Shown one piece after another: positions 12,311 through 27,825 of a stretch of DNA of 64,000 nucleotides. The notes beneath the pieces were generated by a model. It was given only the letters and a program-made list of their open reading frames with translations. It was not told the DNA's origin and ran no database searches. Positions within the stretch are counted from its first letter, which is position 1. Each line of letters begins with the position of its first letter. Both the position numbers and the translations under genes were made by a program. Location of the stretch: NCBI GenBank assembly GCA_964016885.1, contig OZ024741.1:394134001-394198000 (forward strand), in the 5' to 3' direction. Origin of the DNA: Eledone cirrhosa. Its lineage: Eukaryota.

Positions 12311-14371
12311 ATAACTTTGAATAACTTTGAAATGTTTTGGCCAGTATTGGCCCAGGCCATGTCTAACTTAATAGCACCACCTGGCGAAGTCTTTCAATTC
12401 AGGATTTGGGCACCATGGCCCATTTGAGAAGAGAATTACTGTTTGCGGAGACATGTCCGGTGTGGGTGGTTTGTCCGGGATTACTTGGAGGAATTTGTCC
12501 AAAGACTTCTTGAATTTTGTGTGGTCAGTTTCGGTTTTGATGTGTCCTGGTGTGATGTTGAAGAGAGCAGGGCCAATTGAGGTGAAATAATTGTGCCGTA
12601 TTGTTGTTATGTGTTGCGATTTAGATTTTTGTTTGGGACGGATAACCACGAGGCCCAAGCCTTGGGTGTATTTTGAAGATGATGCCAACATCATTTGGGC
12701 AGTGCTGATGAAACATTTTCCACATCATGCAGATAATATAACGCTCACGGTGACGTTGGAGTGAGTAAAGTTTCAGCTTTTCTAGTCGACCCCAGTAGTC
12801 AAGGTCTGACATGCCATCTATCTTTTTCGTGATTGCCCTTTGGGGAGCTTCAAGTTTCATGATACTTTGTTTCGTGTGGGGAGACCACAGTGGACAACAG
12901 TATTCAAGGTGTGGTCGGCCAAAAGTGGAGAAGAGAAGGATAATGGTGTGGGAATCTCTCGACTGGAAGGTTCTGAGGATCCAGGAACACATTCTGAGGG
13001 CCATGTCAACTTTGCTGCTTATATGCGTGGCCCAGCTTATGTTGCTGTCCACGGTTACTCCCAAGTCTCTGATGCCACGAGAGTTTTACCGGAGGGAAGG
13101 GAGTACGGGAGTTTCAGAGCATCCTCTTTTCCAAAGTGGATCAGTTCGAATTTGTCTTCGTTCAGTAACATGATGTTCTTTTCCGCCCATTGGGTAACAG
13201 CCAGTAGGTCTGACTGAAGGCTTATCCGGTCATCCACGCCATTGATGACCTTTTGGAGCTTGGAATCATCAGCGAAAATTTTAATGTTGCTGTGTTTGAT
13301 GATGTCAGTGATGTCATTAATATAGATGATGAAGAGAAGTGGGCCCAACACAGTGGGTCCCCACTACTGACTTTGGCTGGGCTGGATTTGACTCCTTCGA
13401 CTACAACATGTTGGGTTCTGTTTGACAGGAAGCACTTGATCCACTGCAGCAGCTTTCCAGTGACACCAATATTGGACAGCTTTCTCAGTAGAATGTTGTG
13501 ATCAACCCTGCTGAAATCAAGGTAGATAACATCAGTGTTGGAACCCTCTCCCAAGGCTCTCAAAATGTCATCAAAGTGATGCAGTAGCTGCGTCAGGCAA
13601 TCCCTTCCATTACGGAATCCATGCTGGTTGGAGTTCAGCATATTGTTACTCTCAAGGAAGTGAGTCATTCGCGATCTCACCACTCTCTCAAATACCTTAA
13701 TGATATGAGAGGTGAGTGAGATTGGACGGTAATTCACGGCAAGGGATTTGTTTCCTTTTTTGAAAACTGGGACAACAGACTGGGATAGAAGGTTTTCTCG
13801 CACATATCCAGCATCCAGTGAGTTCCGCCACAGATTGGCACGAGGAGATGCAAGTTGGTGTTGATACGCCTTCAAGACACAAGCAGGGAACTTATCGGGA
13901 CCTACTGCTGAATTATGCTTGATTTCCTTTATTGCCGCTAAGACATCAGGGGCGCCAAACGTTATGTGCGATAAGGTGTAATGGGGAGTAACATCGCCGT
14001 TACAGCCCAGATCGGCCATATCAGGATTGCTGAAAACAGAGCAGTATTGTTTCTGCAGTATCTCACCCATGGTTTTAGCATTGTCTTGAAGGCGGCATTT
14101 TCATCAATTAGAGGGCCAACAGTAGAGCCAGTGATTTTGTGTTTTTTTGCAAATGAAAAGAACACTTTGGGATTGAGTTTGATCTTCTCAATAGCCCAGG
14201 CCTCTTCAGCTCTTCTCTGATTGTTGATGATAGACATCATATTGTTTTGGAGGTTATGTTTTTTAATCTCTAGTGATGAAATGGCAGTCAAGTTGGTGTG
14301 TTGCTGCTGACAGTATTTCAGCTTGTTGATTTTTTTGTTAGTTCTCTTAATTTTCCTGATGACCGTTTTTC
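12311..14371 (-). mobile_element. CR1-group LINE, 5'-truncated, frameshifted
   Basis: NYRPISLTS, NQHGFR, YLDFS, FADDSKL, RPHLEYCCPLWSP; 3' end is a duplicated 10-mer (TCAAAGTTAT)x2; (TA)-rich repeats on both sides. Confidence 0.85.
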
Positions 14372-15680
<1,309 letters not shown>

Positions 15681-15681
15681 T

Positions 15682-15949
15682 TGTTATACTTTGGGAGGGT
15701 CATGTTGCCAATAAGAAACACACGCACCAGTTGCTTTCACTTCAATTTATTATATATTTATAAATTTATAAATTTACAAATCTACAAACTTATAAATTTC
15801 TGGTTGGTTGGTTGGTTCCACAACCAGATAGTTGTTTATATATAGTCATAGTCCTTTCGTCACACACTCTGTGACCTCTTCAGTGACTGGGGATTCCTTT
15901 CTTCGTTTCTGTGCCTTTCCTTTCTTCTATCCTACGCCATTTTGTTTCT
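15682..15949 (-). mobile_element. Possible LTR fragment (R/U5 end)
   Basis: Minus strand shows TATATAAA, then AATAAA, then a ..TATAACA terminus next to (TA)n; no coding support. Confidence 0.35.
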
Positions 15950-16205
15950 GACGACAAGTGCAGAGAGATCTCCAGATATAAAGCAATGCCTGTGCCGTGA
16001 AGCTTTTATAGTGAGCAAAGGCACTGCACAAAGCCAGTCCCACTCTCTTAACCAAGATGATATTTACCAAAAAGAAGAACAAGTCAACATCATTGGATAC
16101 CATCAGGGTTGCAGGTGTTATATCAGAGTTTTCCTTCTTCTAGAATTCTGCCTTGACAAAGGCTAAGGGGTCATCTCTCCCATATATATACACATACATA
16201 TACAC

Positions 16206-16238
<33 letters not shown>

Positions 16239-17060
16239 CATATACATACATACATACATATACATATATATACATATATATACATATGGTGGCTGCCAAC
16301 TCGTTTTCGAGTACGGCCACTACTTTATATCCATGTAGGAGAACTCCTACTGATGCGCTGAACGAGTGTGACTTTTTAGTCCAGCCAGCGACTTGAAAAC
16401 TCTGGTACAAAGACTACACTTGTGACAATTATTGACACACAGTGCTGGGCCCATGGTACCATGTGACGACAAGTGCAGAGAGATCTCCGGATATAAAGCA
16501 ATGCCTGTGCTGTGAAGCTTTTATAGTGAGCAAAGGCACTGCACATATACATATACATATATACATACATACATATACATATATATACATACATACATAT
16601 ACATATACATATATATGTACATATATATATACATATACATATATATACATATATATATGGTGGCTGCCAACTCGATTTCGACTACAGCCACTACTTTATA
16701 TCCATTTAGAAGAACCCCTACCGATCCGCTGAACGAGTGTGACTTTTTAGTCCAGCCAGGGACTTGAAAACTCTGGTTCAAACACTACACTTGTGACAAT
16801 TATTGACACATAGTGCTGGGCCCATGGTACCATGTGACGACAAGTGTAGAGAGATCTCCAGATATAAAGCAATGCCTGTGCCGTGAAGCTTTTATAGAGA
16901 GCAAAGGCACTGCACAAAGCCAGTCCCACTCTCTTAACCAAGATGATATTTACCAAAAAGAAGAACAAGTCAACATCATTGGATACCATCAGAGTTGCAG
17001 GTGTTATATCAGAGTTTTCCTTCTCCTAGAATTCTGCCTTGACAAAGGCTAAGGGGTCAT
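15950..17060 (-). mobile_element. Three truncated family A copies (15950-16181, 16286-16544, 16657-17060)
   Basis: Colinear with parts of 9340-9950 and separated by CATA/TA repeats. Confidence 0.85.
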
Positions 17061-17099
17061 ACATACATACATACATACATACATACATACATACATACA

Positions 17100-17133
<34 letters not shown>

Positions 17134-17145
17134 CATACATACATA

Positions 17146-20100
17146 CATGGTGATTGCTTCATCTTTGCAGATGATTGCCGTCTCTCTATGCACTCTCATC
17201 AACCGTCCCCAACTCCAAACGTCCGTTCATGACCTCTTAGGTGACTTTTAAGTCCGGCATTAGATTTCCACGGTCTTCAGCAAATGTTACAGACAAAATA
17301 TGTGCTCTCTATTGGATTGATTGGGTCAGTTTGTGGGATGTCATCTTTATGTACCCTCATATCCCTTTTAAGGCCAGAGATTGATTTGCAGATCTATTTG
17401 CACACCACACATGTTGTCTCACCTAACATTGGAGGGATTTGTGCTAAGGGCGTTTCCCAGTGTGCAATTGACTGTAAAATATTTGTTTTGGGAGTTTTTC
17501 CACATTCATGCATACAACATGGCCTACCCAACGTATTTGAGAGGATATGATGGTAGATTCAATGCTCGTGCAACCAGCATCTATAAGGATTTGTGTGTCA
17601 AGTACTTTTTGTTTCCCTTTCATGTTTAAGATTCGTCTTAAACACTTTTGATTTAAGTGTTCAAGCAAATTAAGGTGTCTACGATGTAGTGTCCACGTTT
17701 CCGAAGAGTGCAACAGAGCACTCAGAATGCAGGCCTTGTACAGACTAATCTTGGTCTTGATATTGATGCAATGATCCGCTAACACTCTCTTTTCAAGTTT
17801 TCCGAAGGCTACAAATGCCTTCTGAATGTGCAAATGTATTTCTGCATCCAGTGAGCCATCCCTCGATAATGCACTAGCCAGGTAAATAAAAGTGTCAACT
17901 ACACCCAACCTAGTTCCACACACCATTATATTTGGCTCAATATATGCTTCCCCTTGTGATGGAGTGAACATTACCTTAGCCTATTTTAGATTAATTTTTA
18001 TGCCAAAGGCATTACAAGAAGCTGCGAAACAATCCATGATGTGTTGCATGTCATCTTGAGAGTGAACCAGAAAGTCAACATCGTCTGCATACAGGGGTTC
18101 TCTAATTAATATTTGGAACACATTGGATTTGAAATTGAACCTTCTTAGGTCAAAGATTCTTCCTGTAGTTCTAACTTGCAATAGAACACCCTTTGCACAG
18201 TCCTGAAACGCATGAGTCAGCATCACCGCAAAAAATATTGAAAACAATGTGCGAGCGGCATATCCTCCTGCTTCACGCCATTATCAACTGGGATTTCATT
18301 GGACAATTCTCCATTCAAAACAACCCCAGCTTTCATATTTCTGTGCAGTTGGACGAACATATCAATAATTTTGGTGGGCACCCTACTTTCTCTAGTATCT
18401 TCCACAGTGCACCTCTGTTCACCGTATGAAAGCCTTTGTCAGATCAAAAGAGCCAGATAGAGAGGAACCCGCTGCTCAATACATTTCTCTTGAATCTGCC
18501 TTGCTGAGTGGATTATATCAATCGTCCCTCTGCCAGATCTAAAGCCACTTTGTGAATCAGGGATTACTGTAGGACAAATGCCCTCCATCAACCTATTCAA
18601 CAATAATGTAGCAAGAAATTTGCCCACAGACTCCGACAGAGTGATGTCACAGTAGTGATCGCAGACTCCTTTATCCCATTTACCTTTAAACAGGGTCACC
18701 AAGATACCATCTATCCAATCTTGTGGTATAGGAGCTCTAGCCCAGCACTCTGTGATGAGATGGAGTATTGTTTGTGTTATGTTCTTATTACCAACCTTTA
18801 ACAATTCCACAGGATTCCATCTGATCCAGGTACTTTACCCATGTTTAACTGGTTGATGGCTATTTTAACCTCATTATAATCCAGTAATCGATCCATTTTT
18901 AAATTTACAACATATTGGGGGATGCCATCTATCACATCATGATCAACTGATGATGGATTATCAAATAAATCAGTAAAATGTTCTTGCCAACGCTTAAGGA
19001 TTTTCTCTGATTCCTTGATGATGGCAGTGTCGTCTTTGGACCTTGTGGTAACAACAGACGAAGATGTTGAACCTTATACTGTACACAAAAGACTATAAAA
19101 CAGTTTTGAATACTTTGAATATCTTCAGAGAACTTTAACAACCATTTATTTTTAAGCCATCTCTACTCGCGTTATAAGGTGGCTTTATATTCTTTATATA
19201 TCTTTTTAATAGCAGTTAAATTAGTATGGTACTCCCCCAGAAGCTTTTCATGAAGAGAATGTTTTTTTTCTTTAATAGTCGGCTGATAACCAGATTATTA
19301 TCATCAAACCAGTCTTTATGTTGTTTTTTTTTGCCCTGAATCCAAATTCCGCTGCTCCTACTGTATACAATTGATCCCTGAAGTTTATCCACCTTCCATC
19401 AAAGTCAATATTATTCAAACGTTTATTCAAAGCCTCACTTTCCAACATCAATACTCTTCAGACTTTTGATCCCGCACATACGAGAATTTTTTCGAATACG
19501 TAACTTAAACTTCTCCTGAACCTTCTTATGATCTATGTTGCATTCTGCACTATGCATGACGCGCACATTACAGACATCATTCAGGTCGCATCTTCGAGTT
19601 ACAATGGCCATCTTTTGACCTTGGGTTTATCCAGGTAACTTTGTGCTTCTTTTTTTGGCGGAAGAATGTATTGCAAATCACTAGGTTGAGTTCCGAACAA
19701 AGCTCAAACAGCTTCAAACCATTGGCATGTATCTTACCGATGCCGTAATGGCCTAGTGTATCCCATGTCTCATGGTCTCTTCCAACTCGGGCATTGAAAT
19801 CACTAAGAATGCTCTTCAACTGGAGTAGATGCAATTGTAGCACGAAGGGATTCATAGAATGTAATAATACATAATAATACTTCACTTGTCTGGAGAGTTG
19901 GATCATAAACTGCCAGAATTGTTGCACATCGCCAACATGCAAGTGGAATGCGCAACTTCATTATACGGTCACTGATTCTAGAGAGGCACTTTAAATGTTG
20001 TGCTAGAGTTAATCTCGCTACAAAACCTACACCACCGCCTCGCTGTTCTCATTTTGGTTTCCCTGTCCAGAAAAGTGTGAAACCTGATTATGCTTCAGTG

Positions 20101-20225
20101 AGATGATCACACCTTGATAGACGTGTTTCTGATAAGGCTGCAATATCTATATTTAATCTTTGGAGTTCCCTTGTTAGTAAAAGGGCAAAGTAATAAATGT
20201 CACTGGAGCCCCATCCCAGAAAGAC
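17146..20225 (-). mobile_element. RTE-clade LINE, near full length, old
   Basis: APE endonuclease (IDIAALSETRL, SDFNARVG, CNTFF), RT (QSGFRSGRGT, YADD), C2H2 remnant, ends CACCATG(TATG)n. Confidence 0.9.
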
Positions 20226-20700
20226 AGATTCCTTCTGGAGAAAAATATGGGGTGAAAAGAAAAATTTCAAACAATATACAGTGTGACTAAAAGAGATCCA
20301 AAAGAATCCCTACTACAACAAAATCATACAGAATAAATGATGATACCTTTGAGACTGTGATAGGAAAACTCCAAGATAAGAAAACACCAGGAACAGAATT
20401 GATTGTTGGCTACTGGTAGAAAAAACTGATATTCTATCGGATGTATCTTATCAACCTCTACCAGCAAGCTTTCAAGGGAAATGCACATATACCAGAATGG
20501 TTGACAAAACTGGTCCCCAAGAACAAAAGAGACCCACTTGGCATGCAAGAACTTGATGTATAAGATGTATACAGCCTGCCTGAACCTATTTCTCCAAGAT
20601 CACTGCAACAGTAATGACATCACCTCAGATGAACAAGCAGCTGGAAAAAAATGTGTTTGGGTGTGTTTTGAACAACTCCTAATTAACAACACCTCAACAA
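20226..20700 (+). mobile_element. Diverged R4/Dong RT fragment
   Basis: ACKNLMYKMYTACLNLFLQDHC..EQAAGKK resembles 25059-26486; ends at (CATA)n. Confidence 0.7.
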
Positions 20701-20772
20701 CATACATACATACATACATACATACATACATACATACATACATACATACATACATACATACATACATACATA

Positions 20773-21285
20773 CATGATGTCTGCCCCCTCGTTATCGAGT
20801 ATGGCCATTGCACGATATACCATTATTAATAATTATTAATTAATTCTATCGTGCAATACCTGTGCGTGAAGATATTTTTTAAAGTGAGGAAAGACTGTGC
20901 ACTGAGCCAATCCCACTCTCTGAGCGACAGTAGCTATAACCCGAAAAGAAGAAAAGATCAACATCATCGGTAACTATTGAGCCGCAGGTTTTATATCGGA
21001 GTTATCCTAGTTTTCTGAGTTGCCTTCTCCTAGAAGAATGCCCTGACAAAAACTAGGGGTCCTTCACTCCCAGTGGTTTAACCCCGCGGTACATGTGTAT
21101 ATACATATTTACACATTTTTGTATGGCCGTTGACTCTTATGAGTTCTTCCGCCCTTTGTCAGGTTTTGTTCTTTGTCCTGACCAAGTAAACTTGGTGGGG
21201 TTGCCGGTTTAGTCGCCGACGACCCGACCATGCGACAGGTTGTACTAGGTTACATGTTACCAGTAACACTCAAGAGTGACCCGAC
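20773..21285 (-). mobile_element. Family B near-full copy
   Basis: Head shared with family A, distinct body, RTE-like 3' stem-loop; (CATA)n on both sides. Confidence 0.8.
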
Positions 21286-21332
21286 ATACATACATACATA
21301 CATACATACATACATACATACATACATACATA

Positions 21333-22318
21333 CATGGTGGCTGCCAACTCGTTTTCGAGTACGGCCACTACTTTATATCCATGTAGGAGAACCCCTTCCG
21401 ATGCGCTGAACGAGTGTGACTTTTTAGTCCAGCTAGCGACTTGAAAACTGGCACAATCACTACACTTGTGACAATTATTGACACAGTGTTGGGCCCATGG
21501 TACCACGTGATGACAAGTGCAGAGAGATCTCCAGATATAAAGCAATGCCTGTGCTGTGAAGCTTTTATAGTGAGCAAAGGCAATGCACAAAGCCAGTCCC
21601 ACTCTCTTAACCAAGATGATATTTACCAAAAAGAAGAACAAGTCAACATCATTGGATACCATCAGGGTTGCAGGTGTTATATCAGAGTTTTCCTTCTCCT
21701 AGAATTCTGCCTTGACAAAGGCTAAAGGGTCATCTCTCCCGGTGATTTTAGATGGCCATTGACTCTTAAGAGCTCCTTTGCCCTTTTGACAGGTTTTGTT
21801 TTTAGTCCTGTAGGATGTCCAAAGTCACCCTCCTCACCAAGAAACCTTGGTGGGGTTGCCAGTTTAGTCGCCAACGACCCGACCATGAGACAGGTTGTAC
21901 TGGGATACATGTTACCAGTAGCACCAACTGGTGACCTGACATATATACATACATGGTGGCTGCCAACTCGTTTTCGAGTACGGCCACTACTTTATATCCA
22001 TGTAGAAGAACTCCTACCAATGCGCTGAACGAGTGTGACTTTTTAGTCCAGCCAGCGACTTGAAGACTCTGGTACAAACACTACACTTGTGACAATTATT
22101 GACACATAGTGCTGGGCCCATGGTACCATGTGAGGACAAGTGCAGAGAGATCTCCAGATATAAAGCAATGCCTGTGCCGTGAAGCTTTTATAGTGAGCAA
22201 AGGCACTGCACAAAGCCAGTCCCACTCTCTTAACCAAGATGATATTTACCAAAAAGAAGAACAAGTCAACATCATTGGATACCATCAGGGTTGCAGGTGT
22301 TATATCAGAGTTTTCCTT
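21333..22318 (-). mobile_element. Family A full copy (21333-21940) plus 5'-truncated copy (21952-22318)
   Basis: Colinear with 9340-9950. Confidence 0.85.
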
Positions 22319-22351
22319 CATACATATATATATATATATATATATACATAC

Positions 22352-22390
<39 letters not shown>

Positions 22391-22624
22391 CATACATACA
22401 TATATATATATATATACATATACATACATACATATATATATATGTACATATATATATACATATATATATATATACATACATATATATATATATACATATA
22501 TACATACATACATATATATATATACATATATATATATACATATATATATATACATACATATATATATACATACATATATATATACATACATATACATATA
22601 CATACACATATATATATACATACA

Positions 22625-22672
<48 letters not shown>

Positions 22673-22955
22673 CATACACATACATATACATACATATACA
22701 TATACATACATACACATATATATACATATACATATATATACATACATATACATATATACATACATATATATACACATATATATACATATACATATACATA
22801 CATACATATACACATATATATATACATATATACACACACACATACATATACATACACATACATACATATACATATATATACATACATATACATATATATA
22901 CATACATATACATATATATATATACACACACATATACATATATATATATATACAC

Positions 22956-22990
<35 letters not shown>

Positions 22991-23272
22991 CATACACATA
23001 CACATACATATACACACATATACATATATACATATACATATATACATATATATACATATACATATATATATACATACACATATACATATACATACACACA
23101 TATATATACATATATACATATACATATCTATACATATATATATACATACATACACATATACATATACATATACATATATATATATATATATACATATACA
23201 TATCTATATATATATATATATATACATACACATATATATACATACATACATACATACATACATACATACATA
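22319..23272. repeat. ~950-bp degenerate (TA)/(CATA) microsatellite
   Basis: Direct inspection. Confidence 0.95.
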
Positions 23273-26200
23273 CCATAATGGCGACCGTTGTGGTCAGTGT
23301 CCGATAATCGGGCGTGTGTAATTACGGCTTACATGAAGGCAACATACCATATATTGGAAAAAGATGAGCTACATTACGCGGTAAGATTACATACAATAAT
23401 TCTACATAAGTGTTTGAACTGTAAGTGTGTTGTAAAACACCTATTTATATGAACGAATACATACATTTTAACATATAAATGCAACGTTGTTATATTACAT
23501 TTATAAAGAAATATACAAGTAACGTTTTCGATTCAGAAACAAAAACATAAGTGTTTGAACTGTGAATAAGTTGTAGAACACCTATTTATATGAATGATAC
23601 ATAAACTTTAACATATAAATACAGCGTTGTTATATTATATTACATTCATAAAGAAATATACTAAGTAACGGTTCTTTTTGTTCTCGATTCAACGATTCAA
23701 GAACAACGTTTAAAACACAGTTGTAGAATTAAAAACTAACTGAAAAGAAATATTACCCAAGTTGTGAATAACTTTAAATTTGATTCTGACAGAACTTTGT
23801 CGAAACTTTTAAAGAAGATCATCGACTATTTTGAAAAATAAATACGAAATATTAGTGAATAGACGAACTCGTCATGGCAAAAAGTACAAGTCTCCTTAGA
23901 CCAAATCGCAACTACAACCGTTGTATACAGTGGAGCTACGAGCTTAACAAAGTATTATATGAAGCATACAAACAATCTCAACCCCAAAAGTTCGGTTTTA
24001 TGCAAAGGCTAAAAACTTTATGGAACTCCAAACACCCAGAATTAGACTTTTCTCCAAAGCATTTAAATGAACAGGCAAAACGTATCATTAGATGTAAATT
24101 GATACATCTAACGGAATTGAGTGATACTACAAATACAGCTCTTGTAGGCAACCACCCCACCTCCACTGACAGACAAAGAGAATGGCCAGCTAAATCTAAC
24201 AGTGAACAGCTCACCAACAATTTTGCTGAAATCCATCCCACTTCCACTGAAGAACAGCGAGAAAGGTCAGCTAACTCTAGTAGTAATTGTCACCACATCA
24301 ACAACGGGGCTGAAATTCAGGACTCTACTGAACAAACAGAGCACCAAAAACTTGTGGACACCCTACAAGTGATATGGAACGATATGTTTCAAGAGATACA
24401 CAGCCTTAATGTGAGTGACAGACCATACAACACCAGAATCAGTAAAGAACCCACTAAATTGGAATTGGAAGCGGTGAACGAAATAGCTGGCAATTATCTG
24501 AAGGCTATACGATCTAAAGGTGTAGAAACGACATTTGAAACGCTTAATGTTTTGTTATATGTTTCAGCTGTCACATTGCTATCATATAACACACATCTAA
24601 AACCACGCAATGAAGATACAAACAGAAAGCCTGAACCAGCGTGGATGCGAAATTTAAAAACTAAAATTTTGTCCCTGAGACGAAGTAACTCACACATCGC
24701 AGTCGTTGTGAAATGCAACATAGAGAGCAACTTCACACGACACCAGGAAGACCTAAAGAAAAAGTTAGAGAGACGATTTGGAGATACAAAATTTAAAACT
24801 TTGAACTCCAAATTACACCAGTTGAAACAACAACTCACAGCTACAACAGAAAGACTAAAATATAAGTCAACAGCACATAAACAACAAGTGCTAAATAGAT
24901 TGTTTGCCAGAGACACTAAATCAGTTTATCGTAGCTTCGGTGGCAAAAGCTCAGTCCCTGTAAACGACACCTCTTCAAAAGAATAGGTTGAGAGCTACTG
25001 GAGATCTGTATGGCAAACGGATGACGGATTCAACAGACAAGCTAATTGGCTAAAAGAATTGGAACAGGACTACTGCCAACATGTCCAGATAAAACAATAT
25101 GACATAGATGGGTCAATACTGGAAACAGCTCTACAGAAAATGTCGAATAGGAAATCGCCAGGCCCAGACCTCATTACAGGATACTGGTTGAAGAATTTCA
25201 CTTTCTATCGGCAAGATCTCATACGGCTGTTTACAGAAACCATTAAAGGCACACAAGAACTGCCCAGATGGTTATCAACTGCCACTACTCTCCTCATTCC
25301 CCAAAATAGCCAAACCACCCTTGCTAAAAATTACCGCCCAATAGCCTGCCAAAACATCATGTATAAATTATATACTGGGTGCCTTAACCTGTTCTTACAG
25401 GATCACTGTGCTACCAACAACATCATAACACCTGAGCAAGCTGGTGGAAAGAGGGAGGTGTGGGGTTGCATAGATCACCTACTAACTAACAAAATGATTC
25501 AGGAACAAACAACAAAGAATCGCAGAAACATGACTGTGGTGTGGCTGGACTATCAAAAAGCATTTGATAGTGTACCTCATGGGTGGATTATTAAGGCTTT
25601 ACAGTTAGCTAAAGTCCCACAACCATTGGTAGCTGCTGTTGAACGCCTGACCAAGAACTGGTACACCAATTTGATCCTTAGAGGTGAGAAGGAGCTAGTT
25701 AAGATACCTTACCAGAAGGGCATCTTTCAGGGTGATAGCTTGTCAGTGCTACTCTTCGTTCTCTCACTGAATCCACTATCTTACCTACTCAGGAAACAAG
25801 GTGGACAAAGAAGTGGGCCCAGAAGTATCTCCCATCTTTTCTTTGTTGATGACCTGAAGTTGTATGGGCCAAATATCAATGACATCAAGAAACAATTGGA
25901 CCTCATTACACAATTTTCAACCGACATCAAAATGAAATTTGGTGAGTCCAAGTGTGCATATTTGGCAGTAAAACGTGGAAGAGCTGTGCCCTCCTCTAGA
26001 AATCTAGAGATGAACGGCCTGACAATACAACCTCTGCAGTCAGGTGACAACTACAGATATCTTGGACAGGATGAGAATGTCAGATATGATGGACCCATAA
26101 ATAAGGAGAGAACCAGAACTGAATACCTCAGAAGAGTAAAGAAAACATGGTCATCAGAACTGTCAGCGTACAACAAATACATTGCCCACAATACTTATGC

Positions 26201-27457
26201 TGTGCCAATTCTAACGCCAACATTTGGCCTGCTGAACTGGTCATTGCAAGAACTAAGTGAGATGGCTGTTAGAACTCGAAAACTTCTCAGTGTTACTGGG
26301 AACTTTAACATCAATGGTGATGTGGATAGGCTATACTTCTCACGCAAGGAAGGTGGCCGGGGTCTAAAATCAATATTAACAACATATGATACCCGGATAG
26401 TAACACTGAAGCAACACCTTCAACAGAGGAAAAAGGTTGGCAACCATCTTGCCCAGGTTTATGAGCATGAAAAAAAAAATCATTAGAATAGCGACTGATC
26501 TGGAGGAGAGATATGGAATAAAGCCTGATATAAATCTCTCACCCAGAGAAATCGGAAGATCCTATTCAATGTTCAAACAAGATAAAAAAAATTGACCAAT
26601 TTACAGCAAAAGTTGTGCATGGATACTTGAGGCGTAAAACACAGACCATAGAGGGGATAAACCACTCAAAAAGCCTGGCATGGAGTTCCAACAAGTTTAT
26701 GACATCACACCATGAGGGATATCTCTATGCAATACAGGAACAAGAACTCCCTACCAAATATCTGCTGCACAAAAGAGTAGGGCCAGCAGCTGACAATAAA
26801 TGTAGGCTATGTAAAACAAAGATCGAGGATGTAAGCCACATTGTTGCCAGCTGCGAAAGAATGTCATCTCGCTACTACCTCCCCATGAGACACAATGGGA
26901 TAGCTAGAACCATCTGGAACGCATTTCGGAAAACAAAATTAACAACAAACGAGGAAGAATATATTGAGACAGATGGCACTAAGGAATACTGGTGGAACCT
27001 GAAAATAAAAACTGCCACCAAATTAAAGCACAACCGGCCTGATATTGTTGTTTGGGATCACACATTGAAAACGTGTTCTGTTGTGGAGATCAGCTGCCCA
27101 CTTGATGTAAACGTTGTCAGAAAAATACAGGAGAAGGAGGACATCTACGGACCATTGATGAGGAGTTTACAAATCCAGTATCCAAGATACACCTGTAGCT
27201 TCATACCCATCATTATTGGAGCTACGGGTTATATACCAACCCGCTTGGACCAAAGTATGACTGAACTTGGATTTGCGGACAAAAAGCGCAGCTCCCTAAT
27301 TCATAGTCTACAAATGGCTGCGATAGCTGGCACCTTCAAAATTTGCAAAGCATTCTTGCGATTCAAGGGATGACAATTTCTTTTCTTTTACAACCTTGCC
27401 ACCAGGAAGGTGGCCGGTCAAAAAAAATGTACTCGAAATTAAGAGAAAGAGATAAAC
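23273..27457 (+). mobile_element. Apparently full-length R4/Dong-clade RLE LINE (family Dong-CATA)
   Basis: ~600-bp 5' UTR; one ORF 23874-27373 broken by a stop (24986) and A-run frameshifts; RT (WLDYQKAFDSVPH, GIFQGDSLS, FVDDLKLY), CCHC, RLE (HNRPDIVVWD..EISCP); (CATA)n on both sides. Confidence 0.92.
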
Positions 27458-27472
27458 ATACATACATACATA

Positions 27473-27825
27473 CATGGTGGCTGCCAACTCGTTTTCGAGT
27501 ACGGCCACTACTTTATATCCATGTAGGAGAACCCCTACCGAAGCGCTGAACGAGTGTGACTTTTTAGTCCAGCCAGCGACTTGAAAACTCTGGTACAAAC
27601 ACTACACTTGTGACAATTATTGACACATAGTGCTGGGCCCATGGTACCATGTGAGGACAAGTGCAGAGAGATCTCCAGATATAAAGCAATGCCTGTGCCG
27701 TGAAGCTTTTATAGTGAGCAAAGGCACTGCACAAAGCCAGTCCCACTCTCTTAACCAAGATGATATTTACCAAAAAGAAGAACAAGTCAACATCATTGGA
27801 TACCATCAGGGTTGCAGGTGTTATA
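27473..27825 (-). mobile_element. Family A 5'-truncated copy
   Basis: Colinear with 9340-9690. Confidence 0.85.

Noticed and set aside
21860-21940. HDV-like ribozyme fit to the family A head (CCAGU..CUAA-ACUGG)
   Set aside because: P1 and P3/L3 could not be formed properly, and variation between families supports a different hairpin.
22043-23321. Long YI/HT/CV-rich ORFs (also near 6145, 9777, 11099, 14298, 15312, 51352)
   Set aside because: Translations of TA/CA microsatellites, which lack stop codons; not genes.
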